Assembly (NCBI GenBank): GCA_040217195.1
Contig: JAVJNR010000008.1
Span: 64,001-128,000, forward strand
From: Leptospiraceae bacterium
Lineage (GTDB): Bacteria; Spirochaetota; Leptospiria; Leptospirales; Leptonemataceae
Direction of reading: 5' to 3'
DNA length: 64,000 bases
Positions 39,630 to 49,892 of the stretch are shown here, piece after piece. The translations under genes and the position numbers were made by a program. Positions within the stretch are counted from its first letter, which is position 1. Every line of letters begins with the position of its first letter. Under the pieces are notes generated by a model. That model was not told the origin of the DNA, did not search any database, and saw only the letters and a list, made by a program, of their open reading frames with translations.

Positions 39630-40577
39630 TTGAATACAGCTGTTGAAAAAAACAAGGGGATGAGCCCCCGGGAAGTTCAGGCTCTGGTAAAGCGTTGCGG
39701 GGACAAAGATCCGTTGGCTTTAAAGGAGTTTTTTCGTCTTTATTCAACTGATATTTATAACTTTCCTCTTCGTGTATTTCACCTGGATGAGGATGCAGCC
39801 TCGGATTTCTATCTGTATGCTTTCGAGCGACTGAAAACGGGTCAGAGGTTCAAATCCTTTCAGGGCAAAAGCAGCTTCCGAACCTGGTTCTATACAGTGC
39901 TACGAAACATGCTTATCGACTGGATGCGCACCGTGCATGAAGTCAAGACCGTGGAAAAGCAGAAGTCCGACGATGACTCCAGAAATCTGCAGTGGATAGA
40001 AACCGTAGCTGATCCAGAGACCGAAAAAGCAGATGATTCTGCCTTTATGGAGCATTTCTATCATATTCTTTCCGATCTGCCCAGGGATCTGCAGATGGTA
40101 TTCAAGCTTGTATTCATTTATTACCTGGATCTGGAGCCAGAAGACTGGGAATATCTCAAGACTGAGACGGGAGGCAAGCTCACGGACATGGCTCGGCGAA
40201 TTGCAGAGCAGAAAAATGAGCTGGCTGAAAGATCCACAGGAAATCAGGGTCAGCAGGATAAGATAACATCCCTTTATCTGTCCATCCTGGAGCTAAAAAC
40301 AAAGCGGTCCCGGCTTATTGGGGAGATGGAAACCAGAAGCATGGACCCCGGAGAAGGGGCGGAACTGGACCGAATCGACCATCTGATAGAAAAGAAACAA
40401 AACCAGAGAGATAGACTGATCCAGAAGAGGAAGAAAGGTCACTTTGTGGTCCGGGCTCCCTATCGTTTTGTCTCGGATGTACTGAACATACCGGAGGGCA
40501 GCGTTTCTGTGATGATGTCCAGAATTATGGATGCATTTCGCATGGATGCTGAGGTAAGAAAGGCGATTCTGGAGTAA
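39630..40577 (+). CDS. Sigma-70-family (ECF-like) RNA polymerase sigma factor with large insertion
   Basis: Sigma2: F.GKSSFRTWFYTVLRNMLIDWMR; sigma4 split: LPRDLQMVFKL ... YRFVSDVLNIPEGSVSV; start 39630 or 39660. Confidence 0.82.
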   Translation: MNTAVEKNKGMSPREVQALVKRCGDKDPLALKEFFRLYSTDIYNFPLRVFHLDEDAASDFYLYAFERLKTGQRFKSFQGKSSFRTWFYTVLRNMLIDWMRTVHEVKTVEKQKSDDDSRNLQWIETVADPETEKADDSAFMEHFYHILSDLPRDLQMVFKLVFIYYLDLEPEDWEYLKTETGGKLTDMARRIAEQKNELAERSTGNQGQQDKITSLYLSILELKTKRSRLIGEMETRSMDPGEGAELDRIDHLIEKKQNQRDRLIQKRKKGHFVVRAPYRFVSDVLNIPEGSVSVMMSRIMDAFRMDAEVRKAILE

Positions 40578-40632
40578 TTTTTTTCAGGAAAAATGCCTGG
40601 AATTTCGTCTCCTGAACTAGTGGAGAGCTATT

Positions 40633-41334
40633 ATGAATCATGAAATAATTAAGCTGGAAGAGGCCCTGATTGCCACCGGGCTGCACAAGAGAATCTCGGG
40701 CCAGAATCTGGATGAGACCACCTGGCCTGAGCGTCTGGAAGAAATGCTGGATCAAATCAAGAAGGATGCTGGAGCAATTCAGGATATTTCGGCTGCAGAG
40801 ATGGCTCATCTTGTAGAGCATTACTATCTGAACCAGAGGATGGAAGGTATAGCAGAGCCGGTTCCGGAGGCCTTGCTGGCTTCAGTGAATCGGGCCCTGG
40901 ATGCTGAAGCTGGACCCGCTGCAGAAGGTATAGTTGTCAGGCTGCTTAGAAACGGTATGGAATTGATTCAGGGTAGTTTGACTGGAGCCACACTGGAGCT
41001 GGCACCCATCGTTGCCACCCGGCGTTCTTCTCCTGCAGAGGCACCATCTGAGAATCCTACCGGTTCAAGAATTGATCTTAGCCTGGTGGTGGGCCGGGGT
41101 CATCTACATTGTAGCATACTGCAAACCGCTGCCAGCGAAGCCATGGTCTCTCTTTCGTTGAAAAACCTGGCAGGTAGCTATAGACTGTCTTTGCGTAAGG
41201 ATGGCCGGTTACTTGGATCACATAGTGGCGTTAAGAGCGATCGTTCAGTGCAATTTGACCGAATCATGCCAGGAAGTTATTCTGTAGAATTAAAGGGAGC
41301 GTCCAACGCCGAAATCCCATTCTCCATCGTTTGA
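40633..41334 (+). CDS. Hypothetical soluble protein, candidate anti-sigma partner
   Basis: Directly downstream of the sigma gene, GGAG RBS; helical N-terminus, VPEALL motif, C-terminal beta domain (PGSYSVEL). Confidence 0.7.
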   Translation: MNHEIIKLEEALIATGLHKRISGQNLDETTWPERLEEMLDQIKKDAGAIQDISAAEMAHLVEHYYLNQRMEGIAEPVPEALLASVNRALDAEAGPAAEGIVVRLLRNGMELIQGSLTGATLELAPIVATRRSSPAEAPSENPTGSRIDLSLVVGRGHLHCSILQTAASEAMVSLSLKNLAGSYRLSLRKDGRLLGSHSGVKSDRSVQFDRIMPGSYSVELKGASNAEIPFSIV

Positions 41335-41360
41335 TTGAATCTCGGGCTGAGTGCCTGCAG

Positions 41361-41396
41361 GCCCGGCCGGGAAACCGCCGGGCTTTTTCTTTTTTT
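41361..41396 (+). terminator. Intrinsic terminator
   Basis: GCCCGGC...GCCGGGC stem followed by TTTTTCTTTTTTT. Confidence 0.85.
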
Positions 41397-44300
41397 AAAC
41401 GGCTTCGGCTTCTTTACGAAGCAGGGTTCTGGATTGCTCGCCCACGGTAAGAAAGGCTCCTCGAATTTGAGGAATGTTAGATAGCTTTTCCTGAAGTTCC
41501 TGATTCCAGCTAACTCCAAAGGTTTCATGAGCCCGAATTACAGTGGGATCTTCCGTATTCTGCTGCCTATCTCCGGAAGAAAGATGGAAATACACAGCCA
41601 GCGGTCCCTGGTGGCAGCGAAAGAGTGTAACCAGGTTTTGAATGACTTTTTGATTTAGGTCTTCTCTGCTAATCTGCAGATGCAAGCTTCGCTCCAGTTT
41701 TTCTTCCAGGGATTCCCGGTTGAGCGGCGAAAGACCATCCACCAGTAGCTGAACGGTGCCTGTTTCATCGTTCTTATCGATTTTGGCCTTTACCCAGAAA
41801 GCCTGATCCACTTCGATCTTATTTCGAATTTCGGTGAAAGTCCTGGGAAATACAATGCAGGATACCCGTCCGGTAAGATCCTCAATCTGCAATCTTCCGT
41901 ACTCGTTGTTCTTCTTATTAACAGCCACGGTGGCTTCAGTAATTACCGCTGCGATCTCCACAACCTTGCCACTATCAAACTGACCCAATTTTTCGATGGG
42001 TATGACTCGAGCACTTTTGAGAAAGCGTTCATATTTGCTCAGTGGATGTCCGCTAAAATAGATTCCCAGAACCTGCTTTTCCTGGTTCAGAAGCGTGGCT
42101 TCATCGTATTCAGCAACTTCTTGCCCCCGCGGTATGGGCTCCTCTTCAGCCATCTGTGGCCCCAGGGCATCAAATAGAGAACTCTGACCGCTGATGCGAT
42201 CTTTCTGATGATTCTGAGCATGCTGCACCGCCAGATCCAGGCTTTCCATCAAAGCCTTTCTGGTGTAGCCCATGGTTTCAAAGCAGCCTGCAAGTACCAT
42301 GGATTCCAGAGTTCTTCGATTGCAGAGTTTTAGATCTGTGTTTTCCATGAAATGGAAGAAGCTATTGAAGCCACCTTCTTGATCACGGGTTTCTACGATG
42401 GACTGTACTGCCTGAGCGCCAACATTCTTGATCGCATTCAGTCCAAAGCGAATCACTCCTTCCTTTTCTACATGAAATCGCAGATAGGAATGATTGATGT
42501 CTGGACCCAGGATTTCAAGTCCCATCTCTTTGCATTCCAGAATGTATGGTACCAACCGATCCGTTTTATCGATTTCAGAGTCCAGAACGGCTGCCATATA
42601 GTCTGTGGGATAATTTGCCTTCAGGTAGGCCGTTCGATACACCACCATGGCATAGGCTGCCGAGTGGGATTTATTAAAACCGTAACCGGCAAATTCAGCC
42701 AGTTGATCATATAGTTTGGCTGCGAAATCCTTATCTCTATTATTGTAGCCCCGCTCTGTGGCACCTTCCACAAACTCCACACGAAGCTCGGCCATCTTAT
42801 CCTTTTTCTTCTTTCCCATGGCCTTTCGCAGGTCATCGGATTTAGCCGGTGTGAATCCACCTATCTTCTGGGAGATCTGCATCACCTGTTCCTGGTAGAG
42901 CACAACTCCATAGGTTTCGCCCAGGATTTCCGCCAGGTCATCGTGAGGATAGACTACCTTTTCCCGGCCTTTCTTCCGGTTTACATAAGCGTCTGCCATG
43001 CCAGATTGGAGCGGACCAGGTCTGTACATTGCAATCAAGGCCACCAGGTCTTCAAAGACCTCTGGTTTCATGCGAATCACAAATTCGCGCATGCCGGGGC
43101 TGGTTTCTAACTGGAAGACTCCTTTTACATTTCCGGTCTGAAGTAACTTGTATGCCTTTTCATCATCCAGAGGAATTTCATTTAGATCCAGAATCTTTCC
43201 GGTACGGTTTTTAATTTCTTGAACACAGTTTGCAATGACCGTGAGGTTTCGCAAACCCAGAAAGTCCATTTTTACCAGGCCCACCGTGGGAAGAGCCAGG
43301 GTAGTCATATCGTACTGAGTTACTAGAATTCGCTGCCTGGTTTTTTTATCTCCCCCACCAGGGGTGGCCACTGTGGCCAGAGGAACGATTTCATCCAGTG
43401 GTCGCGGACCGATAACTACACCGGCTGCATGCACTCCTGTATGTCTGGAGTTTCCTTCCAGGGCTTTGGCTACGGAATAGACTTTTTTCCCCAGCTCATC
43501 GGTATCTACATAATTGCGAAACTCGGAAGATTTTTCGTAGGCATCGTCCAGGGTGGTACCCGGAACCGAAGGGATCATCTTGGAGATGTTGTTTGCCTCT
43601 GCGAAAGGCATCTTGAGCACCCGGGCCACATCCTTCATACAGGCTTTGGCCGCCATGGTTCCGTAGGTTACGATCTGCGCCACATGATCTTCGCCGTATT
43701 TATGACGCACATAATTTATCACTTCCTCTCGTCGATCCACGCAAAAGTCCACGTCTATATCGGGCATTTCCTTTCGCGCTGGATTCAGGAATCTCTCAAA
43801 AAGTAATCCATAACGAAGAGGATCTATGTCGGTAATTCCCAGGCCGTAGGCAACAATGGAACCTGCAGCCGAGCCTCGTCCTGGACCCACAGGGATATTC
43901 TGCGCTTTGGCCCAGTTAATAAAATCCTGAACAATCAGAAAGTACCCAGGGAAGTCCATGCCTTCGATGACCTGCATTTCGAATTCAAATCGATCCATCA
44001 CTTCTTTGTTCAAAGGAGTGGGATATCGACGGGACAGTCCCTGCAGGCAGAGCTCTCGCATGTAGCTGTTCAGGCTATGTCCTTCCGGTACATCGAAATT
44101 GGGTAGCAAAGGATTGCCTGATTGAAACTCCATGGAGATCATTTCAGCTATCTTTCTTGTATTATGAAATGCGTCGGGAAGCTCAGGGAAAAGATTCCAC
44201 ATCTCTTCCGGGCTTTTTACATAGAACTCAGGATTAAATGCGAATGCAAGATCCTCATCTATGGATTTCTTCTGATTGATTCGAAGAAGTATATCCTGCA

Positions 44301-45030
44301 CTTCATGATGCTTTCGAGTGAGAAAATGACTGTCATTGGTTAGAACTAGAGGAATGCCCAGTTTACGGGAAAGCTCCACATTCCCCCTGGCAGCCAGTCG
44401 CTCATCATCCAGACCATGATTCTGGATTTCCAGATAGAATCGTTCCGGTCCAAAGATTTCTTTAAGTTTGCCTGCCAGTTGCTCTGCAGCACTTTGCTGG
44501 CCTGTGAGTATCTTGCGTTGAACTTCGCCACCCAGGCAGGCAGTGAGACAAATCAGACCATCGGCATGATGAGACAGAAATTCATAATCGATTCTTGGCT
44601 TGCGATAGAATCCATCTGTATATGATTTACTTGTTAGTTTAATAAGATTGCGGTAGCCGGTTTCATTCTGTGCCAGAAGAATCAGGTGGTAGTTGTTTCC
44701 ATCCGCCAGATTTTCCATGACCTTTGTCTCGGTCATTCGGCCCGGCGAAACGTAGAATTCATTGCCGATGATAGGTTTGATACCTGCTTTTACGGCCTCG
44801 GTATAGAATTCAATGACCCCGAACATGTTGCCGTGATCGGTAATGGCCACGCTATCCATCCCATTTTCCTTGCAATGTTGCATGAGCTCCGGTATACGGA
44901 TAGCACCATCCAGAAGGCTGTAAGTGGTATGAAGATGAAGATGGGTGAATTTCTCGCGGAAGCTACTCCTGCTTGTAGATTCTGCTTGCATGACAGGGGA
45001 CATAATTCCAGCATCCCGAAAGCGGGGCAA
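41395..45030 (-). CDS. dnaE: DNA polymerase III alpha subunit
   Basis: PHP HLHLHTTYSLLDG, GPGRGSAAGS, MPDIDVDF, GVHAAG, KMDFLGL, GFNKSHS, OB fold; true start may be 45003 or 44991. Confidence 0.98.
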   Translation of the reverse strand: MPRFRDAGIMSPVMQAESTSRSSFREKFTHLHLHTTYSLLDGAIRIPELMQHCKENGMDSVAITDHGNMFGVIEFYTEAVKAGIKPIIGNEFYVSPGRMTETKVMENLADGNNYHLILLAQNETGYRNLIKLTSKSYTDGFYRKPRIDYEFLSHHADGLICLTACLGGEVQRKILTGQQSAAEQLAGKLKEIFGPERFYLEIQNHGLDDERLAARGNVELSRKLGIPLVLTNDSHFLTRKHHEVQDILLRINQKKSIDEDLAFAFNPEFYVKSPEEMWNLFPELPDAFHNTRKIAEMISMEFQSGNPLLPNFDVPEGHSLNSYMRELCLQGLSRRYPTPLNKEVMDRFEFEMQVIEGMDFPGYFLIVQDFINWAKAQNIPVGPGRGSAAGSIVAYGLGITDIDPLRYGLLFERFLNPARKEMPDIDVDFCVDRREEVINYVRHKYGEDHVAQIVTYGTMAAKACMKDVARVLKMPFAEANNISKMIPSVPGTTLDDAYEKSSEFRNYVDTDELGKKVYSVAKALEGNSRHTGVHAAGVVIGPRPLDEIVPLATVATPGGGDKKTRQRILVTQYDMTTLALPTVGLVKMDFLGLRNLTVIANCVQEIKNRTGKILDLNEIPLDDEKAYKLLQTGNVKGVFQLETSPGMREFVIRMKPEVFEDLVALIAMYRPGPLQSGMADAYVNRKKGREKVVYPHDDLAEILGETYGVVLYQEQVMQISQKIGGFTPAKSDDLRKAMGKKKKDKMAELRVEFVEGATERGYNNRDKDFAAKLYDQLAEFAGYGFNKSHSAAYAMVVYRTAYLKANYPTDYMAAVLDSEIDKTDRLVPYILECKEMGLEILGPDINHSYLRFHVEKEGVIRFGLNAIKNVGAQAVQSIVETRDQEGGFNSFFHFMENTDLKLCNRRTLESMVLAGCFETMGYTRKALMESLDLAVQHAQNHQKDRISGQSSLFDALGPQMAEEEPIPRGQEVAEYDEATLLNQEKQVLGIYFSGHPLSKYERFLKSARVIPIEKLGQFDSGKVVEIAAVITEATVAVNKKNNEYGRLQIEDLTGRVSCIVFPRTFTEIRNKIEVDQAFWVKAKIDKNDETGTVQLLVDGLSPLNRESLEEKLERSLHLQISREDLNQKVIQNLVTLFRCHQGPLAVYFHLSSGDRQQNTEDPTVIRAHETFGVSWNQELQEKLSNIPQIRGAFLTVGEQSRTLLRKEAEAV

Positions 45031-45038
45031 GCAAGAAG

Positions 45039-46049
45039 TTGAGCCCGGGCAAAATCATGCGGATTTCCGAAGCGGCCCACATACTCTCCATCCCCAGGCA
45101 TAAGATAAATTACTGGAAGAGCACCGGCCTTCTCAATTCTTCCACAGAGGGTCTGGGATTTGAGGATCTAAAGCGGATTCGATTGCTGGAGAAATGGCGT
45201 ACCAGCGGCCTCACACTCCAACGAATCCGAAAGATGCTTCAATCCCAGGCATTCCGGGCTGGCGAAGAGCCCGGTCAGGCGCTTTTACAGTTGGAATTGC
45301 TGGATGGACCCCTGCTAGGGGTGAGAGAAGATACAGCTTTGCTGGATCCTGTGCAGGGCCAGGGCTTGCTGGATTTCACTGGTCCCGATACCGGACAGGT
45401 GGTCGAGCTGGAGCCCAGAAAGAGTTCTAATACCCCGGAAGATTGGAGCGCTCAGGACGATGAAATTCTCAGGCTCCTGGAGGCCAGGCTGGCCGAAGAA
45501 GAGAAGGGCCTGGAGACCGGCCCGCCGGGTCCGGAATGGGGCTCCCCGGAAGAGGGAGCTCGATTATTTGAAGCCATTCGACAATCCGATCCTGAAAGGG
45601 CTATGTCAACCCTGGAAGCCATAGTCCAGGATAGACCGGACTATCTACCGGCCAGGATCGAGCTGGGAAATCTGTTCTTTGAAACCGGAGATCTGGAATC
45701 GGCTTCCACTGCCTATGAATCGGCGCTGGAGCTGGATGCAGATTGCGTTGAGGCGCTCTATAATCTGGCCAATGTTTATTATCGCATGGAGAAATTCGCA
45801 GCCAGCATTCGGCTTTTTCAGCGCTCCATAGATCTGGATCCTTCCTTTCCAGAATCTTATTACAATCTTGCCCTGGTTTACTTCAGTCTTAAATACTTTC
45901 GCGAATCCGAGGAACTATTCGAATCCTATCTGGAGATGGATTCAGACAGTCCATTTGCTGAGAATGCCCGGGATTTTCTCCAGGAGATTCGTGAAATCGG
46001 TTCCGAGCAAACGGCTCCTGGTTTATTCGATGACTGGAATGGGAACTGA
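45039..46049 (+). CDS. MerR-type HTH + TPR protein
   Basis: ISEAAHILSIPRHKINYWKSTGLL...GLTLQRIRK; C-terminal TPRs (ALYNLA, SYYNLA); start may be ATG 45057. Confidence 0.82.
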   Translation: MSPGKIMRISEAAHILSIPRHKINYWKSTGLLNSSTEGLGFEDLKRIRLLEKWRTSGLTLQRIRKMLQSQAFRAGEEPGQALLQLELLDGPLLGVREDTALLDPVQGQGLLDFTGPDTGQVVELEPRKSSNTPEDWSAQDDEILRLLEARLAEEEKGLETGPPGPEWGSPEEGARLFEAIRQSDPERAMSTLEAIVQDRPDYLPARIELGNLFFETGDLESASTAYESALELDADCVEALYNLANVYYRMEKFAASIRLFQRSIDLDPSFPESYYNLALVYFSLKYFRESEELFESYLEMDSDSPFAENARDFLQEIREIGSEQTAPGLFDDWNGN

Positions 46050-46261
46050 TCAGGTTTCTAAGGTATTTCTACTCTATCCATCACCGGTGGCAACATGGTG
46101 TCTAAACTAGGTGATCAGGACAGACTGAAATATCGTCCAGGATTCCGTTATTGTTTAAGATTTAGTCTTTATTCATATAGAGCAGCTTAATCGTACCTGG
46201 CTCTTTTCTTTTACACCGGCATAACCAGTGATACAGGTCCCTTGAATCGCTCTGGACAATC

Positions 46262-47257
46262 GTGGTGGAGTTGAGCAGATTGGAGCCAGTGAGTGCGAAT
46301 CATAACTCAGAGTCTCAAGATCCGGCCCACCAGGTCTATGAGCGGGTAAATTTCCTGATGCTTAAAAGCTCTGCGGATTACCTGGTCTCCCTGGACCCAG
46401 ACCTTCTTGAGGATTTCGTACTAAAATACTCCGGTGTACTGATATTCCTATTAAATGTCCTGGATGCAGATCGAAGCTTGAGGCTTCTGGCTCGTCTTAC
46501 CAATGCTTCCGTGCTATCACTTCTGGAAGAGGAGTTGCGGATGCTGGCTATCCGAGAAGTGGCTCGAATGGGAGACGAACCTGAAAAATTGATAACTCTA
46601 ACCGGTTACCTGGATTTACTGGATCGCCTGGCAGGGAAAACGGAAATACCAGACGTTGAAAAAGGAGTCATTCGCGAAGCAATAGAAATCCTTGAAGAGA
46701 TTTCTACGTCCGGGGGACGCAAAAGATTTCTGTATCTGGAATACTTTTCTGCAGATCAATTGCAGGATATTTTCCGGTTTAATCTGGAGCAGAATCCACC
46801 GGTAAACTTTGGACTTCTTGCATTTAGTTCGGAGCAGGTACGCGAAAGTATTCTGGAAATGATGGCAAGTCGAAAGCCTGATTTTCTAGCCTGTGTCCCT
46901 TCCGGGCTTTATTCTATCAGGAATTACAAGCTTTTTCTGGAGCAGGGAGTCTTTGAATATTTGCCCGAGGCGGTGCAGGGAATTGTAAAAGAATTCGATG
47001 CATTGCAAAAAGGAAAACAGGATATCATTACTGCCATTCGACTGAAGCTTGATATCAAGGATGGAGAGGCCATCGATCCGGAGAGGTTTCAGCCAGCCGC
47101 CAGAAATAGCGCCCTGGATTTGATCTATAGCCGCCTTCGCCTGGAGACGAAGGATAGCCGGGACTTCTTTCTAAGACAGCTGTATAATGAAGGCTACCTA
47201 CGTCAGCAGGATCTGGATCTATTGAGTAGTGCCCTGGAAGGTTTGATAGATCTATAA
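46262..47257 (+). CDS. Hypothetical all-helical protein
   Basis: Long Leu-rich ORF; no recognisable motif. Confidence 0.75.
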   Translation: MVELSRLEPVSANHNSESQDPAHQVYERVNFLMLKSSADYLVSLDPDLLEDFVLKYSGVLIFLLNVLDADRSLRLLARLTNASVLSLLEEELRMLAIREVARMGDEPEKLITLTGYLDLLDRLAGKTEIPDVEKGVIREAIEILEEISTSGGRKRFLYLEYFSADQLQDIFRFNLEQNPPVNFGLLAFSSEQVRESILEMMASRKPDFLACVPSGLYSIRNYKLFLEQGVFEYLPEAVQGIVKEFDALQKGKQDIITAIRLKLDIKDGEAIDPERFQPAARNSALDLIYSRLRLETKDSRDFFLRQLYNEGYLRQQDLDLLSSALEGLIDL

Positions 47258-47357
47258 GTTTCGCATTGAGATTCATACCGTATCCCGGATTCTCTTTTCT
47301 ATAATTATTACCCGTATTTTTCTTGACGTTACCCTTTCTGGCCAGGGTTCTTAATGG

Positions 47358-48308
47358 ATGCTGAGCCAGCTACGAATAGGATTGATCATTTATCTGGCTC
47401 TGCTAACAGGTCAATGTGTGGCCCATCCAATCTTTGGTGTTTTTAGCGAAGAGAAATCCGGTTCTGATTTTCTCGGACTTCTGGGACTGGCACTTCTTTC
47501 CAAACAGTACATTTTTGTGGCTGACTCTGGCTCCAATCTTCTTTATCGCATGGATGACATGGAGGGCACGGGCCTGATCAGTTATGATGGATCTGCTCTG
47601 GGGACTCCATTTTCCAATCCATCCGGGATAGCTATGGATAGTCTGGGTAGGGTCTATGTCGCTTCCAATGCAAGAGTCTATCGGTTCGATGATATGCTGG
47701 GAACAAATCAGGTAGAATACGATGGAAATGCAGTGGGCAATCCATTTACTCAAATCAAGGGACTATTCATAGATTCTCAGGACCGGATCTACGCAACGGA
47801 CAATACAAACGATAGAATCTATCGATTCGATGATATGCAGGGAGCCGGCCAGGTGGAAATCGCTTCCGGACTTTTTAATAATCCCCAGGGCATTGCCGCT
47901 GATAGCTCCGGAAATGTTTATGTATCAGATACAGGAACCGATACCGTAATGTTATTTCCCGATATGGGTACTTCTGGTAGCTCAAATTACAATGGAAATT
48001 CTATGGGAACACCGTTCAGCAATCCATTCAACGTTGCCCTGGACACCGACGGTAACATCTATGTAAGCTGTATAGGAAACGGATTATACAGATTCAGTGA
48101 TATGAGCGGTAGCAACCAGGCCCAAAACAATGTGACCACAAGCTACGGCCAACCCCGGGGGCTGACTTTGGACGCTTCCAACCGAATCTATTTTTCTGAG
48201 TTCACGGACAATAACCGGATTTACCGCATGGATACTGTGGATGGTTCCGGTATTGTGTTTTACGGACCTTTCAGTCAGCCAATCTACATTTTCGTCTCTC
48301 AGAATTAA
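47358..48308 (+). CDS. NHL-repeat beta-propeller lipoprotein
   Basis: Lipobox-like TGQC; six repeats of about 43 aa, YRFDDM.G...F..P.GI..D..G..YV. Confidence 0.85.
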   Translation: MLSQLRIGLIIYLALLTGQCVAHPIFGVFSEEKSGSDFLGLLGLALLSKQYIFVADSGSNLLYRMDDMEGTGLISYDGSALGTPFSNPSGIAMDSLGRVYVASNARVYRFDDMLGTNQVEYDGNAVGNPFTQIKGLFIDSQDRIYATDNTNDRIYRFDDMQGAGQVEIASGLFNNPQGIAADSSGNVYVSDTGTDTVMLFPDMGTSGSSNYNGNSMGTPFSNPFNVALDTDGNIYVSCIGNGLYRFSDMSGSNQAQNNVTTSYGQPRGLTLDASNRIYFSEFTDNNRIYRMDTVDGSGIVFYGPFSQPIYIFVSQN

Positions 48309-48371
48309 GCACAGAGTTCGAAGAATCAAGGGCCATTCAGGCTGACAGTGGAATGCCTCTGAGCAGGAATT

Positions 48372-48396
48372 AAAAAAGGCCCGCCTGGCGAGCCTT
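48372..48396 (-). terminator. Probable intrinsic terminator
   Basis: AAGGC-CCGC...GCG-AGCCTT stem with an A6 tract (U-tract on minus strand), downstream of the 48440 gene. Confidence 0.6.
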
Positions 48397-48439
48397 CTGC
48401 GATCCAATCATGAGACTGAATACTATATAGAAAATCAAT

Positions 48440-48688
48440 TTATGCTGCGAAGAAGTCAGCCTTTATGATCTCATCCACATGAATGGAATCTGTATTGCCA
48501 TCCTTCTGATTGCGAATGACCATATCGCCTTCCAGTCTTCGGTTCTTGTCCAGTTCTACCATAGAACCATCTTTTAGGTACAGAACAATATCAATTCCTC
48601 GGAACTGAATGTATTGTCTTAGTTGTTTCTTGAAATCATCCGCAGTAACTTTCAAAGTCAGGCTCCTCTGTATTATTGGTACAATCAT
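48440..48688 (-). CDS. Small hypothetical protein (82 aa, Sm-like beta pattern possible)
   Basis: ORF with terminator; IVLYLKDGS.VEL...IHVDEI; probable ATG at 48688. Confidence 0.65.
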   Translation of the reverse strand: MIVPIIQRSLTLKVTADDFKKQLRQYIQFRGIDIVLYLKDGSMVELDKNRRLEGDMVIRNQKDGNTDSIHVDEIIKADFFAA

Positions 48689-49236
48689 CTTAACGGCTAT
48701 GTACGCGAAGAGGTACAGCAAAAAACTTATGTCACACAAAAAAAGTGTAACCGTACAAAGTATTCTTACGTCAGGGGGCGAAAGTACTATACGAAAGACG
48801 GTTTCTTTGGATTCTATGCATGGATTTTCTTGCAGTTAGACTGACTTCTAAACTGCTAATCCTTGAAGTTGCACACTTAGATGGAACCAGTACTAAGCGA
48901 ATGACGGTACATGACCATTGAAATACAAACTTGCAAGGCTTCCAGGTTAATCAATAGAAAGTGTATCTCTGTAAGCCAGGGAATGCAATCCTCGAATGGG
49001 ATTTCTCTAAGATGCGCAATCTCGCGAATTCCCGGCGCCTTATCCAATTCCCGTAGATGTGAAAGATGCCCGGATAGTTCAATACCTGGACCCTGCGTTT
49101 GAACCGGAGGAGCCCGGTGGACCGGTTCAATGTGCCCTTGCGCTAAACCGCGCAGAATACTGGGCCGAGTAGGTAGACCTGACGTTGGCCTGGCAGGTTC
49201 TGTCGAACAAGTAAGCCATCCCGGCGTCAAAAGGGG

Positions 49237-49764
49237 GTGGCGCGTTTAATGAAAATGTTCCTGCTTCTAATTTGTTTGCTGGCTAACTACATTTCGAGTT
49301 CGGCCAGTCTTACAGCGCTTACTGTGGATCCGGAAAACAGAGAAGGCTCCGAGACCCTCCTATTTGTGATGTCCCAGTTTCTTATCGCCGGACATTCAGC
49401 CATCGGGTATGCTCCGCATGGGGAAAAATATCTGGGCGCCGTGTATGGAGGAGGGTCAATTTTTATGGGTACCATTTCTTTCATAGACCTGCATGGGAGT
49501 ACCCGGGATCGAGGAATGATTCTACCCTTTGCCCTGTCTCTGGCTGCTCTATCTTATCATAATCTGGTGAACCTGGAGGATGCCAATCGGCATCGGGTAT
49601 TCCGCGAAAACTACTATGGTCTAAATCTCGCCATGCTTCTGGGCCTGGGAGGAGCCCTGCTATTTCATACAAATCCCGGTTCCAGAGCTGAACCGGAGAC
49701 TATGAGCTTTTATGCCAATGCCGGTCCGAAAGACTTCCGCCTCTATTTTCAATATCGATTCTAA
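49237..49764 (+). CDS. Hypothetical secreted/membrane protein ending in Y.YRF
   Basis: Signal peptide, hydrophobic helices, C-terminal aromatic beta-strand. Confidence 0.6.
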   Translation: MARLMKMFLLLICLLANYISSSASLTALTVDPENREGSETLLFVMSQFLIAGHSAIGYAPHGEKYLGAVYGGGSIFMGTISFIDLHGSTRDRGMILPFALSLAALSYHNLVNLEDANRHRVFRENYYGLNLAMLLGLGGALLFHTNPGSRAEPETMSFYANAGPKDFRLYFQYRF

Positions 49765-49892
49765 TTTTCTCTGAAAAAAGGGTCTACCCTTACGAGGAAG
49801 GACGACCCGGGCCCGGTTTTCCATTACTCTCTTACTGCAAAAGCAGGGTTCAGGGCACAATGTCCCGACTCCCGGCCAGATGAGGTACGAGT

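Noticed and set aside
39514..39747. N-terminal extension of the minus-strand M23 ORF overlapping the sigma gene
   Set aside because: The signal peptide begins at ATG 39513; the extension is not protein-like
41395..45030. Intein or split in dnaE
   Set aside because: Length and motif spacing are normal; no intein terminal or LAGLIDADG motifs seen
48877..49230. 117-aa minus-strand ORF and 63-aa plus-strand ORF
   Set aside because: No motif, RBS or compositional support; probably intergenic
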